From: Oikopleura dioica
Lineage: Eukaryota > Animalia > Chordata
Reading direction: 5' to 3'
Assembly (NCBI GenBank): GCA_907165135.1
Contig: OU015569.1
Span: 4,278,001-4,342,000, forward strand
Length of the DNA stretch: 64,000 bases
The position numbers and the translations under genes were made by a program. The notes under the pieces are model-generated. The model worked only from the letters and a program-made list of their open reading frames with translations. It made no database searches and had not been told where the DNA came from. Numbering within the stretch: the stretch's first letter is position 1; each line of letters begins with the position of its first letter. Below are positions 1 through 11,319 of this stretch, one piece after another.

Positions 1-34
1 AAAACGTCAAGCAGGAAATTAAGCTATTGGCTAC

Positions 35-336
35 CTCATTCTTTTAGGAGTGGCGTCTTTCCTATCATGAGTCTTTCTCGTTCTCTCCAAAAGAACCGGC
101 GTTGGCATGCTAGCAATGAGTGGAGCTGGAGCTTTTTCGGAAGGATCATTTGACTCAGACGAGTCCTCGTTGTCGGCGAGTGGTTGTTGCACTCCATCTT
201 CGGTGCTTTTCGCTCGTTTCGGAAGACAAACTTGCGGGTCTTCGTTTTCTTCGTCGGAGCATTGAATAACAGTTTTGGAAGGGCGTTTTCGAAGGCCACG
301 CTTCGCTGCGAGCTCCGACTCAATGATTTCGCTCAT
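35..336 (-). CDS. First exon of an uncharacterised low-complexity, charged protein; gene continues off the left edge
   Basis: ATG at 336 (MSEIIESELAAKRGLRKRPSK...), open to a GT donor at 34 (ATGAG|GTAG). No family recognised. Confidence 0.5.
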
Positions 337-904
337 ACTATGGGAAAAATTTGAGAGCACTAGTGATTGCACAACGTGTTGAACAGAGGCAGAATGAATG
401 AAATAGAATCTGCTGCAGATGAAGATTGATTGCTATTACATGTACTAGAAAATAACGGAAATGTGTGTAGGGCGGTGAGGTTTGGTCGTTGAACGGCGAA
501 AAAATGATTTTGCTTTTACTCTTCTTGCTTCTTGAGGCCCTCGGAAGAGCGTTTGTGGCTTTCTAGCGCACGAAGTGTGCTCAAATCCTAAACAGTCATT
601 TAATTAAACAAGATTCACATGGATGAAGTTTTGATAAATTTCGGACGTGCGCTATAATTAAAGAATTAAATTATGGAAAGGGAGTGATGATAACTGATTT
701 AGATAATTGGAAAAAGAGCAGAAACCGTTTTCTCGGAACGAGCAAAATTTTGAATGATTCTAGATTAGGACAGTTTCTGATCTTTCTTTATGATAAATGT
801 TGTCGTGCGTTCAATTACCGGAAGTTCTCAAATTACTGAGGATCTTGCTCACGCTTGGCTTGATAAAGATATGACTTACACTTTTGAAATCGTTTTACGA
901 TTTT

Positions 905-3052
905 CTAATAAAATGATGTTCTCCTCGTTGTCTTCACAGTCAATTTGAAAATTACCTGAGGTAAGTTCGATTTCCGTCGCATAGCTTTCCCTCGCGATTT
1001 GTCATCAGCTTCGGTGTGTTGGGCGGCAGTGTTGACTTCGTCCCATTTAAGCTCTTTTGCAACTGATCCCTTTTCTTCCTTCTCGTTCAAATTGAGATCG
1101 CGCAGTTTTTCGGTATCCACCTAGAACTGTAATTCACCCCGATTTAAATTGAAAAAATACCTCGCCAGCGAAAGCATCATTCTTGATAACGAGTCCATCA
1201 ACTTGATGTCGCAGTGGATTTTTCATCGCTTTCTCTGTAATACGCTTCCAGGCTTCTTCTCGCTCTTGAATAGCCTGAGAGGGAATTAAAAACAAACACA
1301 ATTGGTGATGCTATCCACCTGTTTTTCCTTCAAGCGTTCGCTCTTGTAATTGGTGGTGCACTCGTCGAACAGATTCTGATCCATTTCCATGAAAAGCTTG
1401 AGAGCATTGTAGATCAGTCCGTGAATGGTCTTATTCCAGTGAGACTTCAAAAAAAGTAAGTGTTTGTTTATTCTGTCTGTTCAATTTCTGACTGTATAGG
1501 CTCATCGAAGACACCCTATGCAGAATGAACCTATACAGTCAGATGATGAAAAGCCTAGATAATTTTTGAATATAAACCTTGGAATTTCGGTAGAGAGGCG
1601 GGAACATAATCGGCAAGATAACCTTGGTATGGTCTTGCACTAGACTGACAAAGTACTCATTGTTCCAGTAGTAGAGAGCTCGCTCGGCAACTTGGAAATG
1701 CGGCGACGAGACGCAACGTGCAAGCTGGTTGAATAACGGCCTCATTATTCGAGCGAACTCAGCATGCTCGATAACGTCCAGAATCTCTTCTAGCTCGTTC
1801 AGGAACATCACCTCCTGAATGCAGAATGTTGAATATTGTCCCAAAAATTTTGACGAAATTACCTTCGGAGAGTGTGTCTTCGGCCAGAACTTGAGCAGCC
1901 CAGTTACCACTTCTTCTGTTAAAGATGGGTCTTTCTCGAGAAACTGTACTACGCAGTAAGCCAGTTGAGGATGCTAGATCATTGTTAAAAACCGCTTCAT
2001 AAAGGATCCTTACGTAGACTGACAATGACTTGATTTTATGGAGAGGCAAAAGAACTTTGAGCAGGAATATTTTATGTTCCCCCTTCAGAGGCAGCGAGAA
2101 TCCGTTGATAATCGAACCCAGAATTTCCAGAAGCTCTGCAACACCATTGTGTCGCTCCGTTTCGTAGACGAAGCGGTAGAAAATGTTGTTGATCTGTTTA
2201 CGAATGAAAGCTCGAAGGTTGAGGAACTTGCCATAAATTCTGATACAAGTTAAGTTTTCAGACTACTCGAAAGAAGCTACCGATGAAGAGTAGTTTTCAA
2301 AAGATCGCGCTCTCGAGGATCCTCAGAGTCGAAAAGGTCGAGGAGCTAGAATAAAATTTGAGGGCAGGAATCATTGGGAGGAGACTTACCGGAACCACGA
2401 AGCTTTTCTGGTCAATAAACTTTTTCGCAAGATTAGGCTTGAAATCTGGACTTTCCAAAAGCGGAGGAAAAACTCGTACACAAGCTGAAGACATGCTCGG
2501 ATACTTCAAACAAGATCACATTACCTGAAGATGAGGCCAAGAGGCTTCTAACGTCGGCTCGTCCTCTTCTGGATCGAACTCGGCGCCATTTGGGTTTGTG
2601 TTCGGTGGTAATGATCGGAATGTATTCACAGCTAAGAACAGCGTTATTTCATCCAATAGTTTGAAAAGATTCTTACCAAACATCTCTACTGCTGCGGAGA
2701 AGATAGGCTCTGTTATGACTCCTCTATTCATTGCGACGAAGTCCACCATTTCTCCGAGAGCGGCGCGTTTTACCTCTTTCCATTTGAGGTCGGATAGTGG
2801 ATCAGCGATGAAGTCGAACATGGTGCAACATTGTTTGAGCTTTTTGAGGAAAAGTTCTTCTCGCGCAGCAGGATCCTTCTCTTCGATGAGTAACGGCAGC
2901 TTGATGAGCTCTCGTTTTCCAGATAAAGTAAATCTTGAAGATGACTGGCGCTTTTCTTTCGCCGGAGAAGGAATCGCTGTTTTGTCATACAAGGCAGTTT
3001 TTGCTAGCGCCGTCTTTGGCGGCTCATCTGATTTCTTTTCTTGCTTTGTCAT
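905..3052 (-). CDS. PPP2R5: PP2A regulatory subunit B56 (B') family, multi-exon
   Basis: Exons give EASWPHLQ|[52 protein letters not shown]|[31 protein letters not shown] and [14 protein letters not shown]. One 1-bp frameshift lies in the A-run at 2457-2460. Confidence 0.95.
1487..1543 (-). ncRNA. Candidate intronic pre-miRNA-like hairpin in PP2A-B56 intron 1445-1577
   Basis: Perfect 14-bp inverted repeat (1487-1500 / 1530-1543). On the sense strand it extends to about 20 bp with G-U pairs; 57-nt hairpin. Confidence 0.4.
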
Positions 3053-3219
3053 TTCGATCTAAAGTGAACGAATTGTTTAAGAAATTGTGAAAAAATAGTG
3101 TTTTGTGAAGTAGAAAGAATAGCTAGTGTACAATGAATTGGAATTAAAAAATAAGGCAGATCGGGAATTCAGGAATGTGGTGAAAAAGGAAACGAGTTTA
3201 CGATGTGAAACGAGGGCCT

Positions 3220-5100
3220 TCAATATTGATCACCGATTGTGAACTGAGTTCGATGTTGAGTTTCCGCGAACGACAGAAGCAATTCTTCTGTGTCCGCTTC
3301 ATCGTAATCCAGTGGTCGCGGTAAAGTATCACTCGAAGAAACAAGATAGACTGGCGCGCTATTGGGTCTAGGGGTATCATCAGGCTCCGAGTCTGATGTG
3401 CCGAAATTTCTGGTTGCATCGAATAGACTAATCGATTCTGAGATCGCATTTTCGTTCGATTCATTGTTGTCGGAAGATAATTCGGCCAATAACTCAGCGG
3501 ATAAAGATCTGTCGGCAGCGTTCGTTTCGTTTAGAGGATGCTGTTGGAGTTCTTCAGCTAGATCAGCGCCGCCGAGCGTGATGAAGTTAATGTAGTTTTC
3601 TAGGTCGCGAACAGCAATCGGAAACGATTCGGGTCGCACAGAGAACTTGAGCTTTAGATCGCCGTCGACGAGAAGATTGTTGACTCGGCGGAGCGATAGG
3701 AAGCGATTGTAGCCCCAACACTCGCCAATAGCAAACTCAGATGTAAACTCTTTCTCGTAGATCGACTTGTCGTGCCGATCGAGAATGCTGAACTGGTATG
3801 TATACTTGGCAGAGGAATGAAGTGGAGTCGCATTTGAAAGTTGAAGGAAGACACTGAGATGAGAGTTCTGAGCCATTTCGTTCCCATTTGGATAGACCTT
3901 CAGCTGCCAAGTCATTCCGTGATGATGAATGGACCCAGAGTAAAGTGGCATATTTGAAGAGAGTTCTTCCTCGAAGTTCTCGACGGTAAAAGTCCCTTGT
4001 TATTGTTAGTCCAACCAATTGAAATTTGTAGAGCCTTGTTGATAGGCGGCTATTACCTGTGTTCCATTTGGGGTTGAGTTCATCTTTAAATTGGCTCGTA
4101 ACTGGCTCGTAGACAAAGCTAGAGATAGGCTCAGCTACTAGCTGATCTAGAGAAGATTCTACGACCCGTCGTTTTTGCAGAAGCTCGGCTTCGTCTAAGG
4201 CTTCTGTTTCACGCTGCGTTCTTGCAATCGAAGCTTTATTTTTCTCAATTTCATCGCGAAGTACTTTCCGATAGCGCTCGATCTAAAGAGTACATGTTTG
4301 CTCTTCCCTTCGGATTCTACCTCGACGTTTCGTTCATTCGCGTTTTCTTCTAGACTTTTGATTCGCTCTGAAACGAAGTTTTGAATTTGAACAAGGCCCT
4401 GCTCTTTCGCGTTTCGAATCTCTTCTGCATTTCGGTCGTAATCAGTGATCAGAATTTCGAGTTCTTCGTTTCTCACTTTTACGGCATCAATTTTTTCTTG
4501 GACGGATCGTTTCATTTCTTCGTAAACCTCGCTCAGCGGCTTCATATCATGTCCTCGATGTAAAATCGAAAAGCAGCCGCACTTGTGGCATATTGCAGAT
4601 GTGCATGTCGTACAGAAAACGTCTGGCGGGTGAAGTGTTGGTCAACTTTAAGAAGATCTAGTGATACCTTTGTGAGCTTTGTGAATTTGACACAATTCTT
4701 GCGGACATCCTTCGCTTTGCTCTGGTATTGTCTCCGTCGCTGGTCTTGATGGCCGTGTCGGTGTCTGAGCAATAGTAGTAGCGTGAGTCGTTTCTAATCG
4801 CGCAATACTGGCAGTAACATCGCTCACCCATCCGCATTTCACCAAGGAACTCTATCATCATTTCGGTTACTGATATCAACTAACAAATATTACCTCTGAC
4901 AAGTTGCATCGGCAGTGTGGACACTGTCTGTGGCGACTGACCCAGCGGATGATGCACTCTAGGATCAAAATTCGTTCTAAGCTGCGTCATGAAGTAGCCT
5001 CACCTTTACAAAAGAATTTTGAACATTTTGGACACAGGTGAGCATCCTGCAGTGGCCCCATACAGACTAGACATTGGAATGCCGCCGAAAGTGTTTCCAT
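3220..5100 (-). CDS. TRIM37: TRIM37-like E3 ligase (RING, B-box, coiled coil, MATH)
   Basis: N-terminus METLSAAFQCLVCMGPLQDAHLCPKCSKFFCK|ECIIRWVSRHRQCPHCR matches the TRIM37 RING. B-box cysteines and a coiled coil follow, then the MATH motifs WQLKVYPNG..HLSVFLQL..ECWGYNRF. Confidence 0.9.
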
Positions 5101-5262
5101 TGTCTCTCTAAAAAGAATTCATGAAAACATCTCTTGCCCATGGTTAGCCCGCCATTCGATAAGACTTAGTAAGTCTATCTAAGAAGAGCAACTAGATTCT
5201 AGAAAGACAATGGGTGAACAGGGCAGTGAAATATGTGAAGTCTGATGTGCAATAATGAACTT

Positions 5263-7806
5263 TTAGTTGGACATCATCAAGGATTGAACGGCAGTCAAGA
5301 GACTTTGTGAAGGAGTTTTCTTAGCCTTCATGCTATTGCAAGCTTTCATGAGAAAATTCGCTAAGTAGGAAAGGGAGCGAATCTCTTCGTACTTAATCAA
5401 GTCTCGCAAACTGGACGTCCCCTCGAATTCGTCTGCGAGCTCTCCAAGCTCTTTAATAATCCAAGTGATGCTCTCTTCCGAGTAGAGCGCCTTGTTCTTC
5501 ACTGTTCGCAACAGATTGGCAGTGAGCAACTGAAGAAAATGGCTTCTCTCATTATAGAGATCTGCATTCATCGAGTAATATTCCTCGGAATCTTTGAGGT
5601 AGTTAATGGCATGATCATAGTTGCCGATTCGGATGGCTAGTTTTGCTAGCATGAAGTTTGCTTCCATCTCGAGCCCCTTGTAATTTCTCGCCCTGGCTCG
5701 ATCCATAGCTTCCTTCAAAGACACGTTGATTTGGCTACTCTCCGACTCATCTAATTCTTCCTCGAGCATTCTTCACACGAATACAAAAAAGTACTTATTG
5801 ATTCGCTACAAATTTCACTCGAACTTTAGTTTGTATCCGTGCCTTATCTTCGAGTGCAGTATTTGCAGCCTAATGTGAATAAAAGCACTTTTCTCATTAA
5901 CGTCCATCGAGTCCAGAATGTCAACAAATGTAACCTGGGCTCTGGCTTCACTTTTCTCATCGATGATTACTTCCAGCTCCTCGAGGCGCCAAGAAGATCC
6001 ATCAGACTTTCCAACGACGATTCCATTAAAATTCCCTCGCGCAAGCCTCCGTAGATCTTGGAGAATATCCTTATCTTCCCGGATAAGGTCCGATGCTTTC
6101 GGAAGATTCACCCGCAATAATTTCGCTGCATTCATCTTTCTAGGGATACTTTTTTATTTTTTCGAGACTCAAGCTCGCGATTTTAGATTTCATGAAAGAC
6201 CCTCTTCCTGAAGAAGCGAAAAGTTCAGCAGCAACGACGTTTCTTCGCCTTTCGCTGCTCCAATGTTCATAATCGTTTCGCTGCAGAGTGTCGACAGCCG
6301 ACGAAAACCGAAATATTCGTAGATCACACTTTTGATGCTGATGAAATGTGCAATCGCCAAGAAATGCGCAGCTTTTTGATTGTTGTTTGGAATCCAATCG
6401 TAGAGGCGCTTGTAGATACTCTCTTTCGGTTCCCCAAGTCGAAGCATGCGTTGAAGTTCACTAAGGCTGGTCAACTGGTCGCAAAGGCTAGCATTGAGCT
6501 GCGTCAAGGTGCCCCAACGGTCGCTCTGACCGAAGATCGTTGTTGGCAGGATTTCATTTGTGATGAAGGCTCGCCAGAGCATGACTTGCTTCATAATCAC
6601 CTTATCATTGCTCGTGTAGGAATGAAGCTGAGCTGCCATCAAACACTTCTTAGCTGCGTTGTCGTAGCCAAAATAGTTCAGAACGATCCCCAGTCGAAGA
6701 GCTTTTTTGTTGACAACGATTTTTTACGTAATGAAAATTTACAGTGGCGCAATCTTGCTATATTAATTGTCAACAGTACCTAAAACGCGCAAGGGTTTTG
6801 CCCCACGTCCATCCTCGTGAATGCTCGCCAAGAGGGAGATCTCATGGAAGTGATTGTTGAAAGTATCCCAAACGGTACTTTTATCAGCCACGAGAATATT
6901 CGCAATAAGGTTTACGTTGAGCGGCTCAGCTACTCGTTGATAAATTTCGAGAAGTTTTACCATCTCTTTAAACCCATCTACGTCCTCTTCTGCCATCGTC
7001 TTCGCAAACTTTACAGTCCTTACTTTCTTCTCATTCGTAACAGGCATTGGCAGTTGAAACTTGCCAAGTATCTCTCCAGGATCAATATCGTCTTCCGCCG
7101 TACTCTCTTCATTCAGCGTACTTTCTTCTTCAGGCTGCGTTGGCGCAAGAGAGGGAAAGTGTTTTTCTTTCGCTGGGATTCAAAAAATCGTTGATAATAT
7201 TCTCATGTGACAGTCGAACCCAAGACCTATCCACTTTCTCGTCGATTTGCCAAGTTTAATTCTTTCGGAGAAGTCCAAATTTTCAAAATGGACGAACGCT
7301 CTTTGCAGCTTCTCAGAAAATGGAGCGTCTAGGTGATCATTGTCAAGTCCGACGGAGTAAATCTAAATAGGAGTCGGCAAAATTTACACGAATAAATTTA
7401 GTCAAAAAATAATGAAAATAAAATTTCTCAAAAGTCAAAAGTTGCCGACCCAAGAACCCATTCGTCGCACTTTTCGTCAAAGTCCATCATGAACATGTCG
7501 TTGAGGAACATGTCGTCAGCAGCACAGTGCTCCAACTCCTTCGCCACGAATTTGTGAAGATTGGGATTCGCCTCGATCAACGTCTTCATGAAATCCTCAA
7601 AGAATACGAGTGCCGATACTATTGTCAATAGAGCGTGTTACCTCAGGAGTCACTTTTCTTTTGAGAAAATTGTGGAAGGCAAGTGTCAACTTGCAGTTCT
7701 GCGCCAAGTCCTTGTCCAAGTTATCCTCTCGTCGATCGGCCTGATAAAAGTTCTTCAAGAAGATGGCTGCGAAAACATCCTCTTCCTTCAATTCTTGATA
7801 CCCCAT
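5263..7806 (-). CDS. ANAPC5: Anaphase-promoting complex subunit 5-like TPR protein, multi-exon
   Basis: Recalled alignments to APC5: LKEAMDRARARNYKGLEMEANFMLAKLAIRIG ~ LLQALALSKEYRLQYLASETVLNLAFAQLILG; SVIYEYFGFRRLSTLCSETIMN ~ TAIWRLYGRSTMALQQAQMLLS; INIARLRHCKF ~ LNLAALHCRF. Exon boundaries are approximate. Confidence 0.65.
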
Positions 7807-7988
7807 CCGGCTATCCTTCTAAAGATAAGTAATTGTTAAACTTAATCTAAAATCTTTTTTTTTTTTCAAATTAAAATGATTGGATCGTACGTTAATTCTT
7901 TTATCGGAAGGCTATTAATTTTGCATGCAACCGCTTTAAATTTAGTTAAAAGTTGAACGCGACTCTTTCTCAAAGACTGGCAGACAAT

Positions 7989-8012
7989 ACTGAGTCATCG
8001 ACTGAGTCATCG
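7989..8012. promoter_or_regulatory. Tandem 12-bp duplication carrying two AP-1-type TGAGTCA sites in the divergent intergenic region
   Basis: ACTGAGTCATCG x2, with TGAGTCA at 7991-7997 and 8003-8009, between ANAPC5 (-) and MCRIP-like (+). Confidence 0.35.
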
Positions 8013-8345
8013 TGTCAGGAGTGCGCTGCTGAGTGCATCATTTCTCCGGAGTCTCACTATTTCCCTCCCACTGTCACTGCCAGGACTTTTGCTTACTTTT
8101 TTCTCAAACAAGTGTTCTCAGGTATTGCATTAGCAACAAAAATCGCAAATATTAGGCTCTTCAGAAAAATGCGTTACTGGTGCGCTCTCGATTTTCGTTA
8201 TTTCTTTTCTGACTTCGAGTTCGCTCAAAGATTGTTATCGTTATCTTCCCCTGGGCAAGACGAAATCTACACCTGTTTCTCCGTGTTTTTTTTTCTGAAT
8301 TATTATGCATTGCAAGTCAGTGCTACTAACCGCTCTTTCGTTCAG

Positions 8346-9450
8346 ATGTCTACGGAAGAGTCAGCTTCGAAAGAGCCAGTTATAGAAAACTCGGCTCCAG
8401 ATGAAGCAGTTACGCCTGAGCCCGACCCACCCGCCGAGGAGCTGGTCACTGATGAGCATTTCCTCGAAATATTGAGCTTCGTTTCTTCGAAATGGAACGC
8501 TCTCGTTCGAGACGTGACCGCGCAATCAACAAGGACACGACGAAATACGCCCGGGCGCATTATTGGAAGAACCGGCACGGTCGTTTACAAGAATCACTGT
8601 CCAGCTGTTGAGAGAGATGTATGTAAATTTGCAAAATCAAAGACTAAAATGAGTTAAGAACTTCGTCCCCTGGAATCGAAGAGTTCAGCAAAAGCAAGAA
8701 CAACCACGCGTTGTTCAGACAAGGGTACCCCCAAAGAAGAAATCCGCGATTTCACCAGTATCCGCGTAAGTTCAAGAAACCCAGACAAAAGCATGAACTC
8801 TTTTTCAGACCAGGAACTTCCAGCAGCGCATCTGAAAACTCTGATTGCACACACATCACTGCACAGATAAATTCGATCAAGTACGTATCGTCGCTTTTTA
8901 CGTTGACCACATTCTTATTTTAACATATTTTTTCAGGTTGGGAGACTCATCTGGCGCGCTGGTTACTCCAGCATTGCCAGTCGTTTCTCGTGGAGTCGAA
9001 AATGATTTCCTCAACTCTTGTGAAGACGCAAAAGCCATCAGCGTCCAGAAAGCACTGGAGATTGAGCCTTCAGTCCGCGAGTATTCGGAGTTCGCCCAGG
9101 ACTTCTACAACCCAGATCTTGACTTCAACCTGAACGAATGGCAAGAAGTCAAGACAAAGAAGAAGCCAAAAGAAGAAGCTCGAAACGAAAACGTCGAAAA
9201 TCTTGCGAGCCAGAACGAGGCGCCAAAAGAAATGGCGCAGCCCAGCAGCACCGTTCGCTCTCGCCAGAAGAAGGTCGAGCCTCGCGGCCAGTTGCATCGC
9301 TCCAAGTCCAACTACAGATTTCCCTTCAAGAGCGGCGATGTGAATGCGAAGGAAAACATCACTGGGAGGAACAAGAGCGCGACTAGAAAGGGAGAAAAGG
9401 CTGCGAAGAAGGGTGTTTTAACCAACACGGAAAGTAACCGTATGAAATAG
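8346..9450 (+). CDS. MCRIP/FAM195-like protein with a long C-terminal extension
   Basis: Exons 8346-8618, 8659-8765, 8809-8880 and 8937-9450 splice in frame. ELVTDEHFLEILSFVSSKWNAL and VVYKNHCPAVERDNFVPW resemble MCRIP 'AHEENVRFVSEAWQ' and 'VQYVERTPNPRLQNFVP'. Confidence 0.6.
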
Positions 9451-10016
9451 TCAGTCTTACCGAATGCGAGCCTACCGCTGTTTTCAGTTAGCATTGTCTA
9501 TTTTATGCGGTGAAGACTTTTTTTTTTGTCCATTTATCATTTTTAGAATAAATTATAAAAACCAACTTCTTTAGCTTATTAGATTCGCTAATCAGTTAAA
9601 GGGTTATTTATACTACCCTATTTTAATCAAATAGGAGTCAGAAATTGAAATAGAGCACCGCACATGAAAAAGAAAAGTAGATTAGCGCCATCCGGCGGGC
9701 TATCATATGGAAATAAAAAGCAGTGTAGTAGTGGCGCTATCGATGCGCCGCGATGCGTGGGCGTCCCATTTTTGCTGGTTGGCTCAGGACCTCACATGGC
9801 GGACTGGAGAAAAGAATCCATCTTTCTCGCGACTTGAGCTTTTTTTTCAATATACTCCTCACTAAATTCCAGTTGACTAGAGATAATGATGATGGCATTG
9901 TAAAGTTTTTGTTTATTTTAGACCGACCAAGCGTTAATTCAAGAGATCAAGCCTCTTTTTGTTGATAACAGAGAGAAAGATTTCTTATCTAGGACTATTT
10001 AGACTGAAATTGGATC

Positions 10017-11118
10017 ATGGCTCCTTCCGTCCCAGAAGCCCTCAAAAAGAAGCGACAGGCTTACCAGGCCGCTCTCGCCAAGCGAGCTCTTGCTCAGCAA
10101 AACGCCAAGAAGGCTAACACCCTCAAGCGACGAGCTTTGATCAAGGTAACCATCCATTCTCTTCTAGCTCGTATACTCAAACTTTCTAATAGCGAGCTGC
10201 TTCCTACGCCAAGGAATACGCCGCCGAAGAAAAGCTCAATATCGCCCGAGCCCGACAGGCCAAAAAGAACGGAAACGTTTACGTCCCAGCTGAGCCCAAG
10301 CTCGCCTTCGTCATCCGAATCCGAGGTATCAACCAGGTCTCTCCACGAGTCAAGAAGATCCTCCAGCTCCTCCGACTCCGACAGATCGGAAACTCCACCT
10401 TCGTCAAGCTCAACAAGGTAAATGTCTTTCCTAATCTTCCACTTTTTCTCCGTCCAATTTTAATTTCGTCCTTTTAACAAAATTTAGGCCACTATTATGA
10501 TGCTCAACATCGCTCAGGCATGCAGGTCACGATAGATTTCACCTGGGCAGTCTGGAATGCTCATAATTTTATCTGTCAAGCTTGATGGATCCTTGCGATC
10601 TTGGGCTTGACGTAAGAGAGAGAGTGAGGTGCGGAAACCTAGTGTTACTGTGCTTCTCTCCAGTCTCCGTAGAACTCTAAGAAACTCGATTTATTAAACT
10701 AGTCGTGACCTGATCTACTGCCTTTCATCACCTGGGGATACCCTAACCTCAAGACTGTCCGAGAGCTGATCTACAAGCGAGGACATGGAAAGGTCAATGG
10801 CCAGCGAATCCCACTCAAGGAGAACGCCGTCGTCGAAGGTTCCCTCGGAGAAGTTGGACTCCAGTCCGTCGAGGATCTTATCCACGAAATCTACACCGTC
10901 GGACCCAACTTCAAGCGAGTAAGTATCTTTTCTCCCACAATTAGTGTTTTCGACTCTCTTGCGCTAATCTCTCTATTTAGGCCAACAACTTCCTCTGGCC
11001 CTTCAAGCTCTCCACCCCCGTTGGCGGCTACCGACGAGTCACCAACCACTTCGTCGAAGGTGGTGACTTCGGAAACCGAGAAGACAAGATCAACAACCTC
11101 GTCAGAAAGATGAACTAA
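10017..11118 (+). CDS. RPL7: 60S ribosomal protein L7 (uL30)
   Basis: Exons 10017-10145, 10193-10417, 10488-10517, 10721-10918 and 10981-11118. Motifs [53 protein letters not shown] and GGDFGNRED. Confidence 0.97.
10518..10720 (+). other. Non-canonical (GC..TG as assembled), structured 203-nt intron of RPL7
   Basis: Protein homology requires IAQ|PFITW. A 10-bp perfect terminal stem forms between CAGGTCACGA (10523-10532) and TCGTGACCTG (10703-10712), with internal hairpins. Confidence 0.75.
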
Positions 11119-11319
11119 GAAGCTTGACCTTCTGTACATGGGACGTAAAACGATTCTGTTGTCGATTCTATTCAATAAAATTTGACCGGAATTACCTTTC
11201 ACTTTTGTTTTTGCTTGTTTGATTCATTTCGCAGGATAATTTGGCTCTTGCAGTCGAAGGTTTCTTCTCCATTTGAAGACCGCTTTTAAGAACTTGGACG
11301 GGCCTCGTGAAATGAAATT

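Noticed and set aside
8619-8658. Alternative donors and acceptors giving two MCRIP reading frames
   Set aside because: A single intron chain (8619-8658, 8766-8808, 8881-8936) explains both the homology and the downstream ORF.
10526-10715. Box C/D or H/ACA snoRNA call for the RPL7 intron
   Set aside because: No RUGAUGA box inside the intron, no ANANNA hinge or terminal ACA, and no U17 m1/m2 motifs seen. It cannot be excluded without an Rfam scan.
10518-10720. IRE1/XBP1-type unconventional splicing of the 26 nt left after GT-AG splicing of RPL7
   Set aside because: The length matches the XBP1 intron, but neither boundary fits the CNG|CNG loop consensus (CAG|GCA, CTG|CCT).
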